A stretch of 64,000 nt of DNA, taken from Acidobacteriota bacterium (GTDB lineage: Bacteria > Acidobacteriota > CAIWXX01). Positions within the stretch are counted from its first letter, which is position 1; every line of letters starts with the position of its first letter. The notes under the pieces were generated by a model. The model did not search any database and was not told where the DNA came from. It saw nothing but the letters and a program-made list of their open reading frames with translations. The stretch lies in assembly GCA_040755995.1 (NCBI GenBank), contig JBFMAF010000032.1, positions 129,306-193,305 on the forward strand. The letters run 5' to 3'. Of this stretch, positions 39,980-51,175 are shown piece after piece. A program made the position numbers and the translations under genes.

Positions 39980-40503
39980 CGAATTAACCTCCTGTTGGAA
40001 GCGCGCGGGACGAATCCTGAGAGACGGTAGCACTGGAATCTGGTCAGGTCAATGGACTTTGCGGCAAGGCGGCAAGGCGGCCAGGTGGCGTTGCGATAGT
40101 ATTGGGTGGAACCGGACGGCCGAAGGTCGGTTCCTATGTCTTTACGCCGGAGAGCCACATCTGGTCTGCGTGCTCGAATCCGCATGCGCCGAACTGAGCG
40201 CGCCTCCTCTTGCTGGCCGTTGAGACAGCGGTGACTGAATACGACCCCCCGTCATGGCTCGCGGGCAGTATAGCGAGTACCGCTATCCGCCCGTGGGAAG
40301 ATTGTTCGACGACACTGCCCGATGTCGAGCCGGCTGGGAGCTGCACTACCTCTTGGCTGGCGCCTGTCGCTCGCAGGGCGACCGCCTCCAACAAGCCCGC
40401 CCTGATGCCGCTCGAATCCAGCTGGCAGAAGCTGACCACCTGGAACATGGCTGCGCCAGTCAGGCGTATGAGCCCAGGCCGCGCGCTGCTGCTACCGCTC
40501 GTT

Positions 40504-41802
40504 TCAGTCGCTCTTCTGCGCTCCGACTCTCTGCACCGCGCCGAACAGCTTCAGCGTCTCCTGCCACGGGTAGCGGTTCATGAACATGGTCACCTGCGAG
40601 CTGATCTTGCCCTGTTTGTTCAAGCCCATCACTTCGCGCCAGAGGTTGGCGGGTGAATCGGGATTGAAGTCAACCGTCTCGCTGTAGCGGGCGCTGAGGA
40701 ATCCCTCCAGGTATGCCTTGTTCAGCGGCAGGGTCTTCGGGATCTCCGAGCGGTTGCCCTTGGCGCTTGCGATCGTGAGATCGCCGAACTGGGCGGCGAA
40801 GAGGTTGAGTTTGGAGTTGCTGGCCGGGCTGAATTCGAGGTCGGCCTGCTTGTTGACGAAGAACACGTTGTCGTCGATCCGCAGCCATTCATTCTTGTTG
40901 AATCGCGTGTGGTCGATGGCGGCGAGCACGCTGCCACCGATCAGGTTGTGATGTACGTTGTACTCGCACTTGGTCATGACCCGCACGCCGTAGCCCATGT
41001 CGAGGAAGTCCTTTAGCCGGCTCCAGGTGAACAGGATCGTGTTGTAGCCGATCTCGACGGTGCCACACATGGGCAGCGATCCCGGCCCGCCGGTGGCCGC
41101 GCACGTGCCGAAGATCTCGATTGCAGCCATGCGGTTCGCAACGAAGACGTTGTTCAGCACGCGGAAGGCACCGCTGCGGTGACCGGCCTGGAGCCCGAAG
41201 CTGGCACCGTTGACGAACACGCAGTTCTGGATTGTAACGTCACCTCCTGCGGCGGCACTGGCGATCTGAATGATCGGCTCCTCCACAGTGCTGTTGCCTG
41301 TCGCCGGGCGCTCAGTCGATCTCAGCATGCGGCCGGTGTCCAGTCCGGGGACCATCCCCTCGTTGGCGCTGTAAGCGTTGCGCATACCCATATCGAAGAC
41401 GATGCTCTCGACAAGGGTCCCCTGTACCCCGCGAGTGAATTTCAGAAACGCCTTGCGCGCCTTGCCACCGCTCGCGTTGTCGGGCTGGAACACGGTTGGG
41501 TGAGCGACGATGTCCTGTTTCGCGAAGCCCTCGTCGAAGCTGCCGCGCAGCCGCAACGGCTTGTCGCTTTCCAGACAGCCGATGCCGAACGTCCCGCTGT
41601 ATGTGCCGCTGGCGATCCTGATCTCGTCGCCGGGCGCGGCCATCGCAATCGCCCTGTCGATCTCCTGGACCGGGCTCTGTGGGGAACCTGGATTCTGGTT
41701 GCCGCCCTTGGCCTTGGATACGTGGATCGTGGCGGAGAAAGCGGTCCCCGTCACGCTTGCGAGGGCGACGATCAGCGAAGCATTGAGAATACCTTTCTTC
41801 AT
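40504..41802 (-). CDS. Secreted right-handed beta-helix protein (DUF1565-like N-terminus)
   Basis: Signal peptide; HVS..G...NPGS..SP..I..AI..A..GDEI.IA.GTY; repeated NNVF/YNTI/HNLI/DNVF coils. Confidence 0.75.
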   Translation of the reverse strand: MKKGILNASLIVALASVTGTAFSATIHVSKAKGGNQNPGSPQSPVQEIDRAIAMAAPGDEIRIASGTYSGTFGIGCLESDKPLRLRGSFDEGFAKQDIVAHPTVFQPDNASGGKARKAFLKFTRGVQGTLVESIVFDMGMRNAYSANEGMVPGLDTGRMLRSTERPATGNSTVEEPIIQIASAAAGGDVTIQNCVFVNGASFGLQAGHRSGAFRVLNNVFVANRMAAIEIFGTCAATGGPGSLPMCGTVEIGYNTILFTWSRLKDFLDMGYGVRVMTKCEYNVHHNLIGGSVLAAIDHTRFNKNEWLRIDDNVFFVNKQADLEFSPASNSKLNLFAAQFGDLTIASAKGNRSEIPKTLPLNKAYLEGFLSARYSETVDFNPDSPANLWREVMGLNKQGKISSQVTMFMNRYPWQETLKLFGAVQRVGAQKSD

Positions 41803-41901
41803 TGCGGCCCCTCCTGTTCTAGTGTCTACAGATGATTGTCATCCACGTCCGTTCCCTTGTCATTCCTCTGACCGGGTCGGACAGAAATCCCACTTGCATG
41901 C

Positions 41902-42957
41902 TCAGGCCTTCTCGAACAAGCTGCCGGTCAGCGCGAAGCGCGACGCAAGCGATGATGCCATGGAGGTGAGCTTGATGACGGCGACATCCATGGTGGAGAC
42001 CCTCACGTGCAGGTGAAGGGCGTTCGCCCGCTGCTGCATCTTGTGCAGGAGCGTCGCCGCCTGGGCGGGTGTTACGCCGGCGTTCTTCACGAGCGCCTCG
42101 GCGATGGGCCGCGAATGCGCGGCGACCACCTCGGCCAGCGGGATCATCCCCGATGGTGATGGATTCGGCCTGAAGCGCCCGATCCGCCTCAGCAGCGGAT
42201 CGATGTAGCCGGTGGCTCTGCGTCGGTACTTGACGAGCGAGGTCCCGAGGACCTCGCCGACCGTCCGCTTGATCGATTCGACCGGAGAATCACGTTCCGC
42301 TGGATTCAAAGGCATGGCCGGCGCAGCGCGACCGTAGCGCTCGACGAGCTCCGACACGAACCCGAGCTTGCGGAGCGCTCCCCTCTTGTTCCTATAGACC
42401 TGCCGCCAGTTGGACCTCGGATCCAGCCAGACGCTGAAGGTCTCGGCGAAGTCGTCGTCCGGGTGCTTCTGCGCGTAGTGATCGAGGTTGGGGTTGACGA
42501 AATCGCGGCTCCATGGACGGGGCTTGTAGCGATCCGTGCTGGGGTAAGTATCGTAGAAGCTGCCTTTGACGCTGAAGACCGTGCGGAACTCGGGCTCCTT
42601 GTACAGGCGGTGGGCGTAGCAGAAGGCGTGGCCGGTTTCGTGCCTGAGGAGGTAGTCGATCGTCCAGGCGTCGTGCGCCCATCCCCGCGCCTCCTTGTTG
42701 AGCCTCCTCAGGAGCGGATCGGCATCATAGAACCCCACCTCGATATTCGCGGTTCCGGTCACACACCCCCAGTCCTCCCCCATGTAGAACAGCGGTCTCA
42801 GCCGAATCCCGCGCCTCTTCAGACGCGCCATGTGCCTGTTGACATGCATCTGTAGCGGCGATTGGCGCAGGTCGAGCTCGAGCCGGCAGACCGGTGCCGT
42901 GAGAAGCTCCAGCTTCTTCGTGGCCTCGTTGAAGAGCAGCCGTCGAAGCTCCGTCAT
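41902..42957 (-). CDS. Putative zinc-binding metallopeptidase
   Basis: LRHETGHA (HExxH) and YAQKHPDDDFAETF. Confidence 0.82.
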   Translation of the reverse strand: MTELRRLLFNEATKKLELLTAPVCRLELDLRQSPLQMHVNRHMARLKRRGIRLRPLFYMGEDWGCVTGTANIEVGFYDADPLLRRLNKEARGWAHDAWTIDYLLRHETGHAFCYAHRLYKEPEFRTVFSVKGSFYDTYPSTDRYKPRPWSRDFVNPNLDHYAQKHPDDDFAETFSVWLDPRSNWRQVYRNKRGALRKLGFVSELVERYGRAAPAMPLNPAERDSPVESIKRTVGEVLGTSLVKYRRRATGYIDPLLRRIGRFRPNPSPSGMIPLAEVVAAHSRPIAEALVKNAGVTPAQAATLLHKMQQRANALHLHVRVSTMDVAVIKLTSMASSLASRFALTGSLFEKA

Positions 42958-42973
42958 GCAACCCCCCCCGCAA

Positions 42974-44098
42974 TCACTCCTGGACTAGAATCGACTCGTC
43001 CGGCCGCGACTCCGCCGCGGCCCGGTCGGTCTTCCGCCCCCTCGCCAGAGCCTCCTCCACGATCCGCCGCAGGGTAGCACCGAAGGTCAGCCCGGCGGCA
43101 GCAGCAGATGCCATGAACGCCACTCCCTCGGTGAGGTCCGGGTTCGGATTAACCTCCAGTACATAAAGCCGGCTCTCCTTGTCGAGACGCATGTCGATCC
43201 GCGCATAGTCGCGGCATCCGAGGATCTGATACGTGCGCAGAGCGACATCTCGTACCCTGCGCTTGACGACCCGCGGCAGCCTGGCCGGGCATATCAGGTC
43301 GGCCTTGTGGAACACCTCATGCAGCGGGTTCCACTTCGATTCGAATGTGACGATTCCCCAGTACTCGGGCGGCAGTCCCGAGAAATCCACCTCCTCCACC
43401 GGCAGCACCTGGGGGCCGCGATTGCCCAGAACGGAAATGCCGAGCTCGCGCCCGGCGACGAATTCCTCGATCAAGGCCGGCTGCCGGTATTGCGTGAGCA
43501 CCAGGTTGACTCGATTCTCGAGCTGCTCGCGGTTCTCCACGATCGACTTCTCGTGAATACCGAGGCTCGCATCCTCCGAGGACGGCTTCACGATGAGCGG
43601 ATAGCGCAGTCCCGACAGGCGCGGTATCGGCCTGCGCGCGACGAGCTTGTATCGCGGGGTCGGTATGCCGTTGGCCTTCAGAATCTGCTTGGTCAGACCC
43701 TTTCGCTGGCAAACGGCGAGCGTCAGAGGCGGCGAGCCCGTATACGGTATCCCCAGTAGCTCGTAGAGCGCCGCCACTCGAGCCTCCTGTCTGGCATCGT
43801 AGCGAAAGGACTCCACCAGATTGAACACGGCGTCCGGACGAGGCTCCTTCAGCGCCCCCAGCAGGCGCTCGAAGTCATCCTGGATGTTGATGATCCTTGT
43901 GGCGAAGCCCTCGCACTCCAGGGCGCTCGCGATGGCCCGGATTTCGTCGCGAACTGTCGCAATCTGCGCAATGTCATCCAGCCTCCCCGTCGGCGATTCG
44001 ATACTCCCGTCCTGGACCTTCCTGCGAAGAACCTCATACTCATCCTCGCCGACGAAATTGTGGATGACCGCTACTGATGCCTGCTCTGAGCGCGCCAT
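42974..44098 (-). CDS. D-Ala-D-Ala ligase-like ATP-grasp enzyme
   Basis: VFNLVE, IPYTGS, IVKPSSEDASLGI, EEFVAGRE, YARIDMR, LEVNPNP. Confidence 0.88.
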   Translation of the reverse strand: MARSEQASVAVIHNFVGEDEYEVLRRKVQDGSIESPTGRLDDIAQIATVRDEIRAIASALECEGFATRIINIQDDFERLLGALKEPRPDAVFNLVESFRYDARQEARVAALYELLGIPYTGSPPLTLAVCQRKGLTKQILKANGIPTPRYKLVARRPIPRLSGLRYPLIVKPSSEDASLGIHEKSIVENREQLENRVNLVLTQYRQPALIEEFVAGRELGISVLGNRGPQVLPVEEVDFSGLPPEYWGIVTFESKWNPLHEVFHKADLICPARLPRVVKRRVRDVALRTYQILGCRDYARIDMRLDKESRLYVLEVNPNPDLTEGVAFMASAAAAGLTFGATLRRIVEEALARGRKTDRAAAESRPDESILVQE

Positions 44099-44315
44099 GC
44101 GGTGAGCCCTAGTTCAACATGCCGGGCGAGAGCCGGCGGATCAACACGACGTCAAACTGCGCCGAGGGGCGCACGGTGCCCGGATCGACAGTCGTCATGC
44201 TGCGATGATGGCCGGTCGGGAGCATGATGTCAAGCGAAGGTTCACGTTGACACCGGCCTCGATTCTCCCGAATGCAAGGGAGATGCGGCCGCGGTGGCGT
44301 CTGCCTCGCCGCAAC

Positions 44316-44344
44316 TTGACATGATGCTGGTCGCGGCCTACATT
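44316..44344 (+). promoter_or_regulatory. Sigma70-type promoter, possibly giving a leaderless transcript
   Basis: TTGACA-17 bp-TACATT; in-frame ATG at 44351, 7 nt downstream. Confidence 0.5.
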
Positions 44345-44350
44345 GCCCCC

Positions 44351-45970
44351 ATGACCGCCGGAAGTAGCGGCTCTCCGACGCGCGCCTCAGCCCCGGTCGG
44401 TGCTATCCCTCCGCCGGCAGGCGAAGAGGCGATGTCGCAAGTCGGCTACGCCGGGTTCCTGGCGCTGATCAGCGTCCTCGCAACCATTCTCATCCTCTAC
44501 TTCTTCTGCCCGCATTTTGCATCTTGGCGCGAGCTGAAGCTCGTGGATGATCCCGACTTCCCTCTCTCCCCCACCACACAACGAGCAGCGGATACACTGG
44601 ACCAGTTGAAGCATCCGTTCGCGCCGACACCTCAGAGGTATCCCGACTGCAACAGAGTCATCACGTGGCGCATCCTGTTCCCTGTGATTTGGCATTACCT
44701 GTCCCTGCCTGTGTGGCTTCTTCTGCTGATGCCATACCTGGGTTGCCTGCTCACCCTGGGATCGGCCACACACATCGTCTACCAGCGGACAAGGAGCCGC
44801 CGCTGGGCCTTCTATGCCGCGGCTTTGACGGGTGCCAGCCCCTGGTTCTTTGTCAGCACAGGATGGCTCGCATATTTCGATTCCTGGCTGATGATGGGCC
44901 TCTTGACACTTGCATTCGCCAGATCACGAGTAGCCCTGACGATCGCCTGCCTGTGCGTTCCCTGGATCGACGAACGCCTGCTGACGGCCGTCCCCCTATG
45001 CATCACCATCCGTGCAGTTGAGATAGCCATTCAAGATCGTGACAGAGCCAAGGGGCTGATCCGGGATAGTCTGGCCATTCTCGTGCCCTGCATGGTCTAT
45101 CCCTTTCTCCGGCTTCTGCTGGCGTCCGGGGGAATAGGGGGCGTTGAGACCGCTGAGTACGTGCACTACCACCTCAGCTGGACGAGATTGACATCGGTCA
45201 GCCTGCTTCGCTATGTGGACGGCCTCTGGTCCGCCCTGCGGGCCGGATGGTTCTTCGTCGTCGCGTTGCTCTGGCTGCTCTGGGTGGCGGGTCGCCGGCT
45301 GCTCTGTTGTGTCCTCACCGCATGCCTGGTCTGCTCGATCATGGTGTGGTTGGTTATCGCGATCGATCTCAGCCGATCTCTCGGCATGCTCGCGCTGGTC
45401 TCTCTCACTGGCATTCTGTATATGGCCAGGCAGAAGCCCGGATTACTGAGAACCGCCCTGCCGGTTGTGGCGACAGCCAATCTCCTATTGCCGGCGACGC
45501 ACGTACTGACGATCTACCGGATTCCGATCCTCTATGTCTATTCCGAGGTATTCAACTGGCAGCACCCCTCACCTTACCTCGATCCGAACTCTTACACCGA
45601 ACAGGGGGTAGAGTGTCTGAGGAGGGGACAATCGGCCGAAGGAAGGTCCAATCTCGACCGGGCCCTCAAGCTTGACGGGGAATCGGGACCGGCATATCTG
45701 GCTCGATCGACTGCGCGGCTTCAGACCGGCGACATCAGGGGCGCCATGGCGGATGCGGAGCAAGCCATACGTTACGGTCCGCAGGATGTTGAGGCTTACT
45801 ACATCCGGGCCTTGGCGCGCCTCGCCTCTCGCAATCCGGTGGGCGCCGCATCTGACCTGCGGCATGCCCTGCAGCTTGCACCGCCCGACTGGCCCCGTCA
45901 TAGGGAAGTGCAAGAGATGCTGGCCAGGGTGGGACAGTCGTCTCCGAAAGCACCGCCGAACCCTCGGTGA
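44351..45970 (+). CDS. Polytopic membrane protein with C-terminal TPR repeats
   Basis: About 10 hydrophobic segments, then TPR units (ALKLD..AYL.R, AIRYGP...AYY.RA). Start uncertain (44294/44351/44432). Confidence 0.7.
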   Translation: MTAGSSGSPTRASAPVGAIPPPAGEEAMSQVGYAGFLALISVLATILILYFFCPHFASWRELKLVDDPDFPLSPTTQRAADTLDQLKHPFAPTPQRYPDCNRVITWRILFPVIWHYLSLPVWLLLLMPYLGCLLTLGSATHIVYQRTRSRRWAFYAAALTGASPWFFVSTGWLAYFDSWLMMGLLTLAFARSRVALTIACLCVPWIDERLLTAVPLCITIRAVEIAIQDRDRAKGLIRDSLAILVPCMVYPFLRLLLASGGIGGVETAEYVHYHLSWTRLTSVSLLRYVDGLWSALRAGWFFVVALLWLLWVAGRRLLCCVLTACLVCSIMVWLVIAIDLSRSLGMLALVSLTGILYMARQKPGLLRTALPVVATANLLLPATHVLTIYRIPILYVYSEVFNWQHPSPYLDPNSYTEQGVECLRRGQSAEGRSNLDRALKLDGESGPAYLARSTARLQTGDIRGAMADAEQAIRYGPQDVEAYYIRALARLASRNPVGAASDLRHALQLAPPDWPRHREVQEMLARVGQSSPKAPPNPR

Positions 45971-46113
45971 CGCTGGACGCCCGCCTCAGCGCACCGGTCG
46001 CATGGCAGGAATTCGGCTCGCATCGGCGCGCCGTCAAGGTCGCCTACTCGATCGGCGGCCTTTCATACGGTTTCTCGCTCGGCGAATTCGATCGCGACGC
46101 GCCTGTATACATC
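45967..46113 (+). pseudogene. Fragment resembling the N-terminal domain of SBBP beta-propeller surface proteins
   Basis: APVAWQE....V.V.Y.....YGFSLGEFDRDAPVYI resembles the P.A(W/Y)Q...GF.LG.YD...PL.IDP motif, then degenerates. Confidence 0.4.
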
Positions 46114-46244
46114 GGGTTCGCGGTATTGCTCTCGGCGGCCCTGACCGGATGCGAGCCCCCTTCCATCACAGCACAGCCTCAGAGCCGATCGCCCGTGCCG
46201 GCGCCCCGGGGCTCTCGCTCGCGCGCCCGCGCCGCGCCCTTTGA

Positions 46245-48970
46245 TTGTCGATCGCAAGGCGAGTAGAATCCGCTCGGCATCCTGGGAGCGTTTTCTTGGA
46301 TCCCGATGAATCACGTGTGGAGTCGAGCAGGCCGGCTGAGGCGCCTGCAGATCACAGCAGGCCCACCGAGTCTGCCGACCTGCTGAAGACAGGAGGCGTG
46401 CTGGCTTGGTGCCTCGACGCCGCGACCGGCCCCGCCGGAGCCGCAGAGGGCGCGTGGCGCCCCGGCGACCGCGTCGGGCGGCTGACGATCCAGTCTCTCA
46501 TCGGACGCGGCGGAATGGGCGAGGTCTATCGCGGTGTCGACGAGAAGCTGGGCCGCCCTGTCGCCATCAAGAGACTGCGGCCGGACTGGCGCCTGGATTC
46601 CGCCAGCAGGGAGAGGATGCTGCGCGAGGCGCAGATCCTGTCGAAGCTTCAACACCCCGGGATCTGTCAGATCTTCGACCTGATCGAGGCCGAAGACGCC
46701 GACGTCCTCGTGATGGAGTTCGTCGAGGGGGCAACCCTCTCGGCGGCGCGGCCCGGCCTGGGCCGCGAGCAGAAGCTCGTAGTGGCCGAGAGGATTGCCG
46801 ATGCCATCGCCGCGGCACACCGCCGCGGCGTGATTCATCGCGATCTCAAGGCGGACAACGTAATGGTGTCATCTGATGGCTCGGTCAAGGTACTGGACTT
46901 CGGGATCGCCTTCTCTCTCGCCGGTCCCGCTCCGGTGACCCTCCCGGATGGTGCGGCCGCTCTCGAGACGCCTGGTGCAGATGAGACCCAGATTGGCTGG
47001 GGCTCCCGCCTGACTACCCGGGGTATGATCGTCGGCACGCCGAGATACATGAGCCCCGAACAGGTGGGGGGCACGGCTCTGACCACGGCGAGCGACATCT
47101 ACTCGCTGGGGATTATGCTCCAGGAATTCTTCACGGGAACGCCCGCCTACGGCGATGTTGAGGCACAGGAGTTGGTGCGGCGAGTCCTTCGAGGCGACTC
47201 GGCGAGCCCTTCGGGACTGGATCCCGACCTGGCACGTCTGCTCGTACAGATGAAAGACCGCTCGCCAGAGAAACGGCCGACGGCCGAGCAGGTCGCTGCA
47301 CGGCTCAGACAGGTCCGTGCCAAGCCGGCGCGGCGCCGGTTCATCGCGGCCGCCGTAGTTGTCTGCCTGGCGCTCGTCGGCATCACCGCAGTCGTTTCGC
47401 TGAGACTCGGACACGAAGCCCCGTTGATTCCGGCCGGGCAGCGTGGTCGAGTCGTGCTGCTGCCGTTCGAGAACGATACCGGCGAGGCAAGACTCGCCTG
47501 GGTCTCCAGCGGCCTCCGCGATCTGGTCGCCCAGACACTGGACGGGGTAGAAGGGATCGAGGTCGTCTCTCCGGAGCGCGTGGATCGCCTCTTCGGCGAT
47601 GTTGCGAGAGCATCCGCAGACATCGCGGCGCTCCAGCGCCTCGTATCCGACCTTGGTGCCGAGGTCCTCGTCCATACAGTGGTCCGCAAGGACGAAGGCG
47701 TATACGTGTTCGAATCGGAGATCATGACGCGCGGGGGCCGTGCCGGGAAACGCACGATTCGTCAACCCGATTTGAGCAAAGCCGCTTCCGCTCTCTCAGA
47801 TCGTCTCGTCCACCGACTGGTACCGGTCGCCGCATACTCGGGGCTCGAAGACCGGTTCTCAGACGACCCGCTCGCCAATCGGCTGTATGCGATGGGGTTG
47901 GACTCGTATCGGAAAGAAGGAGCTGGCGGGGCGAGCGATTGTTTCCGAGTGGCCCTGCGAGTAGACCCCGAGCTCCAGTGGGCCCGTGTGATGCTCGGTG
48001 AGTGCGCCGACAGGCTAGCCTCGTGGGACGAATCCCGGCGATACCTCGATGAGGCCCTTGCATACGCACGGAAGACCCAGGACTTGCAAATGATCTCGGC
48101 TTGCACGAGTCGCATGGCACGTCTGGCGATTCATCGGAACGAGTTCGACGAAGCCGAGCGCCTCGCGCAGTCCGCGCTGCGCATGGCGCGCGACCTGGGG
48201 GATCGCGAACGCGAAACCGAGGCGCTTGCGCAGCTCGGTGAAGTGATGCGGTCGCGTGAGGAATGGAAGAAAGCCGAGGAGTACTATCGAGAGGCGCTGG
48301 CTATCAGGAGGCAGCTCGGCGACAGAATCGGGGAGGCGATTGCGCTGCACAACGTTGGTGTGGCCATCGCCTCCCAGCATGGCCGGCTCGACGAGGCTCG
48401 AAGCGTCCTCGATGAGTCATTGAAGCTCAAGCGATCGCTCAACATGATGGCCTTCGAAGCAATGACGCTGAACAGCCTGGCCTACATCGCGATGAAACAG
48501 GGAAGGCTCGACGAGGCCACCCGTCTCTATGAGCAGGCACTGCAGAGCTATCGAGAAATGCGTGACCCCAGCTCCGCCAGCCAGTGCTCTCGAACCTGGG
48601 CAACGTCGAGCAGGAACGGCAGAACTACGACGCAGCGCGTGGGTACTATGAACAAGCATGCAGGCTGGCCAAGGAAATAGGTGATCAGAACTCGCTGACG
48701 ACAAATGCCTTCAACCTGGCATTCCTCCTCAGCTTGATGGGCCGCGCCGATGAGGCCGAGCCGTACCTTGCGATCGCCAAGAGCAGGTACGGTGAGGGAT
48801 GGGATGTCATGCTCATCGAGGCCCGGCTGGCGTGGGTCCGAGGTGACGCGCACCGGGCCCGGGCACTCGCAGCGCAGGCGCGGAAGCTGGCCGGGGATGA
48901 GTGGATGCCAGCATACGAGGGCGAGATCTTCGGGCCGATTGCGGGGCAGCAAGCCAGCAGGGACAAATGA
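46245..48970 (+). CDS. Ser/Thr protein kinase with TM helix, TolB-like domain and TPR repeats; frameshifted near 48583
   Basis: GRGGMGEV, VAIK, HRDLKADN, DFG, GTPRYMSPE. The TPR pattern continues from ...MRDPSSASQ into VLSNLGNVEQERQNYDAA in the overlapping frame (48584-48970). Confidence 0.85.
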
Positions 48971-49085
48971 AACAGAGCCGCGCGCGCTGTATGGCGCCGA
49001 TTTCGAGGCAACTCGCTCTCGCTCCGGTTCCTTCGCGACGAGCACCCGGAGTAAAATACGCAATGGGACGGCGCAGGAGCGGCGA

Positions 49086-49649
49086 ATGAAGGAAGGTCAG
49101 GGCGGTTTCACCGAAATGCTGCACGCATACTCGCGCGGCCACGCCGAGGCATTCGATCAGCTGTTCGCTCTGGTATACGACCAGTTAAAGATGCTCGCGC
49201 GGCGCCAACTCAGAGGCCGCCGGCCGGGCCAGACCCTCTGCACGACCGCGCTGGTACATGAAGCGTACCTGAAGCTGTCCGGAGGCGCCGCCGTGGACTA
49301 TCAGGATCGCGGACATTTCTTCGCAGTGGCTGCGCGCGCGATGCGCCAGATCGCGGTCGACTTCGCGCGCCGTAAGCTGGCGGGCCGGCGAGGCGGTGGA
49401 GCCGCAACCGTGCCGGCCGATGAGATCGAGCTGCCGGTCCAGGCGGAAGCCGACCGGGTTCTGCGGTTGGACCGTGCGCTGGACCGTCTCGGCGAGACGC
49501 ACGAACGGATGGCTCGAATCGTCGAGTGCCGCTGTTTTGCCGGGTTCACGGAGGAGGAGACCGCTTCGAGCCTCGGCCTCTCGCTGCGCACCGTCCAACG
49601 CGACTGGTTGGAAGCCAAGAGGATTCTCCGCGACGAGCTGTCGCGCTGA
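49086..49649 (+). CDS. ECF-type sigma factor (kinase-associated, TIGR02999-like)
   Basis: LVYDQL, TALVHEAYLKL, HFFAVAARAMRQI, RTVQRDW; CAGGAG RBS before ATG 49086. Confidence 0.92.
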   Translation: MKEGQGGFTEMLHAYSRGHAEAFDQLFALVYDQLKMLARRQLRGRRPGQTLCTTALVHEAYLKLSGGAAVDYQDRGHFFAVAARAMRQIAVDFARRKLAGRRGGGAATVPADEIELPVQAEADRVLRLDRALDRLGETHERMARIVECRCFAGFTEEETASSLGLSLRTVQRDWLEAKRILRDELSR

Positions 49650-49735
49650 CGCAGGCCACTTCATACTCTCCACCCTCTACGCGAGCCGCGGCCATGGCGG
49701 CCTTGCATGTTCCATCGGGCCGAGGCCGCGCCTCG

Positions 49736-51175
49736 CTAGTAGCGGATCACGTGTTGCGTCAGGAACCGGCTTATCGCTTCGGCGGCCAATTGGTTGCCAC
49801 GTTCGCTGTAGTGAGTGTCGTCGGTGAGGTACAGCCCGCCGCCGCTGCCGGCCTGGTGGAAGGCGGGGAGCAGGTCTATGATCGGTATCTGTCGCGCAGC
49901 CGCGTAGCTCAACAGGAACTGCTGAGGCTGCTCCAGATCATACGCCCGCAGGTTGAGCTGGTATGCCCGCGCGAGTTCCTGCAGGAGGGCAGGTTCCACT
50001 TGAAACTGGTCGGGATGAATCACGATGATGTACCTCGCTCCGATCCGCCTCGCCTTTTCGGCCAGCCGGTCCAGCAAGCTGGAGGCGTTAGTCCAGACGG
50101 GATCCTCGGGGGAGATGTTCGCCTGGCAGATCGTAAGCCGCCTGCGTTCGATCCTGAGGAACTCGCTGTGCGCGAACGTGCCGGCGGGTACCTCCGATGA
50201 CTGCTGCGCGGTCCTTTGGCGGGCGTCGCGCAGAGCGACCGCCGTGTTGGCGAGCCACTGCCGCAGGAGGAAGTGGTGGGGCAGCCAACCAGCCGGACCT
50301 TTGGTGTACTCCATGTCGATGCCTCGCCACGCAGCCGGCTCCTCACGCGGATTGCCCCAGAAATCGTTCCCGATGAAGATGCCGTGCAGGACTACATCGG
50401 GACCGTACCGTGGCCCGAAACGTTCGAACAGCTCGACCTCTTCCGGCAGGTCGTAGGCTCCCACGGAGAAATTCAGCACTTCTACTTTCCGGCTGTCCGC
50501 CTGCAGGAGCTCCTCGAGTAGAAAGTGATAGTTCTTGTCGCCTCCCGCCCTGCCGAAGGAATCCGATAGGCCGAGGATGCGGAACGTGTTTGGCGGCTTC
50601 GCGAAAGCTACCGGATGTGGCCAGGAGGCCGATACGATGCTGTTGAATGCAGCCTCGTCACGCGGCACACGGAACTCGACGAGATAGAGGCGCATGACGA
50701 CCTCGATGCCGCACACGCACATTGTGACTGCGAGCAAGGCCAGCGCGAGGTTCTGCAGTGTCGCCCTGGGCCTTGTGCTCGCAAGCGAAAGCATAGTCGC
50801 GATTGCCAGGAGCAGGCCCAGAACGACGAAAAGCAGCAGGTGCTGCGGGAGAAGGCTCCCCACATCATCCAGCAGCGTGGTGGTGAAATCCACGAGCAGA
50901 AGCGCCCCGATGCCTAGGACCGCCGGGAGGATCAGAGGCACCTGACGCAAACGCGCCGTCATACGCTCCCAGCGCTCCGGCACAGCCACCACCCAGGACG
51001 CCGCGATTGCCATGATCGTCAGGGCGCCAAAGAGAATCACTGCGTCCCAGGCATATCTCCCAGGTATCGCAGGTGTGTCGCTCTTCGGTATCAACGACGC
51101 GATGGCCACCAGGAAGAGCGTGATGGGCAGCAACCAGCGGCCGGGAATCTGGCGAGGTGGCCCCATCCGGGTCAC
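49736..51175 (-). CDS. Membrane-anchored SGNH hydrolase-like protein (AlgX/AlgJ-like)
   Basis: About 5 N-terminal TM helices; LGLSDSFG, IGND, DTHYS..G. Confidence 0.75.
   Translation of the reverse strand: MTRMGPPRQIPGRWLLPITLFLVAIASLIPKSDTPAIPGRYAWDAVILFGALTIMAIAASWVVAVPERWERMTARLRQVPLILPAVLGIGALLLVDFTTTLLDDVGSLLPQHLLLFVVLGLLLAIATMLSLASTRPRATLQNLALALLAVTMCVCGIEVVMRLYLVEFRVPRDEAAFNSIVSASWPHPVAFAKPPNTFRILGLSDSFGRAGGDKNYHFLLEELLQADSRKVEVLNFSVGAYDLPEEVELFERFGPRYGPDVVLHGIFIGNDFWGNPREEPAAWRGIDMEYTKGPAGWLPHHFLLRQWLANTAVALRDARQRTAQQSSEVPAGTFAHSEFLRIERRRLTICQANISPEDPVWTNASSLLDRLAEKARRIGARYIIVIHPDQFQVEPALLQELARAYQLNLRAYDLEQPQQFLLSYAAARQIPIIDLLPAFHQAGSGGGLYLTDDTHYSERGNQLAAEAISRFLTQHVIRY

Noticed and set aside
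40034..40500. ORF 40134-40448 as a second substrate-binding protein remnant
   Set aside because: The resemblance covers only a few residues and cannot be supported by eye.
42974..44098. Calling the gene ddl
   Set aside because: Lacks the canonical N-terminal motif and the cell-wall gene context.
48750..49085. N-terminal extension of the ECF sigma ORF given by the ORF track
   Set aside because: It overlaps the kinase TPR tail. The RBS and family motifs support a start at 49086.
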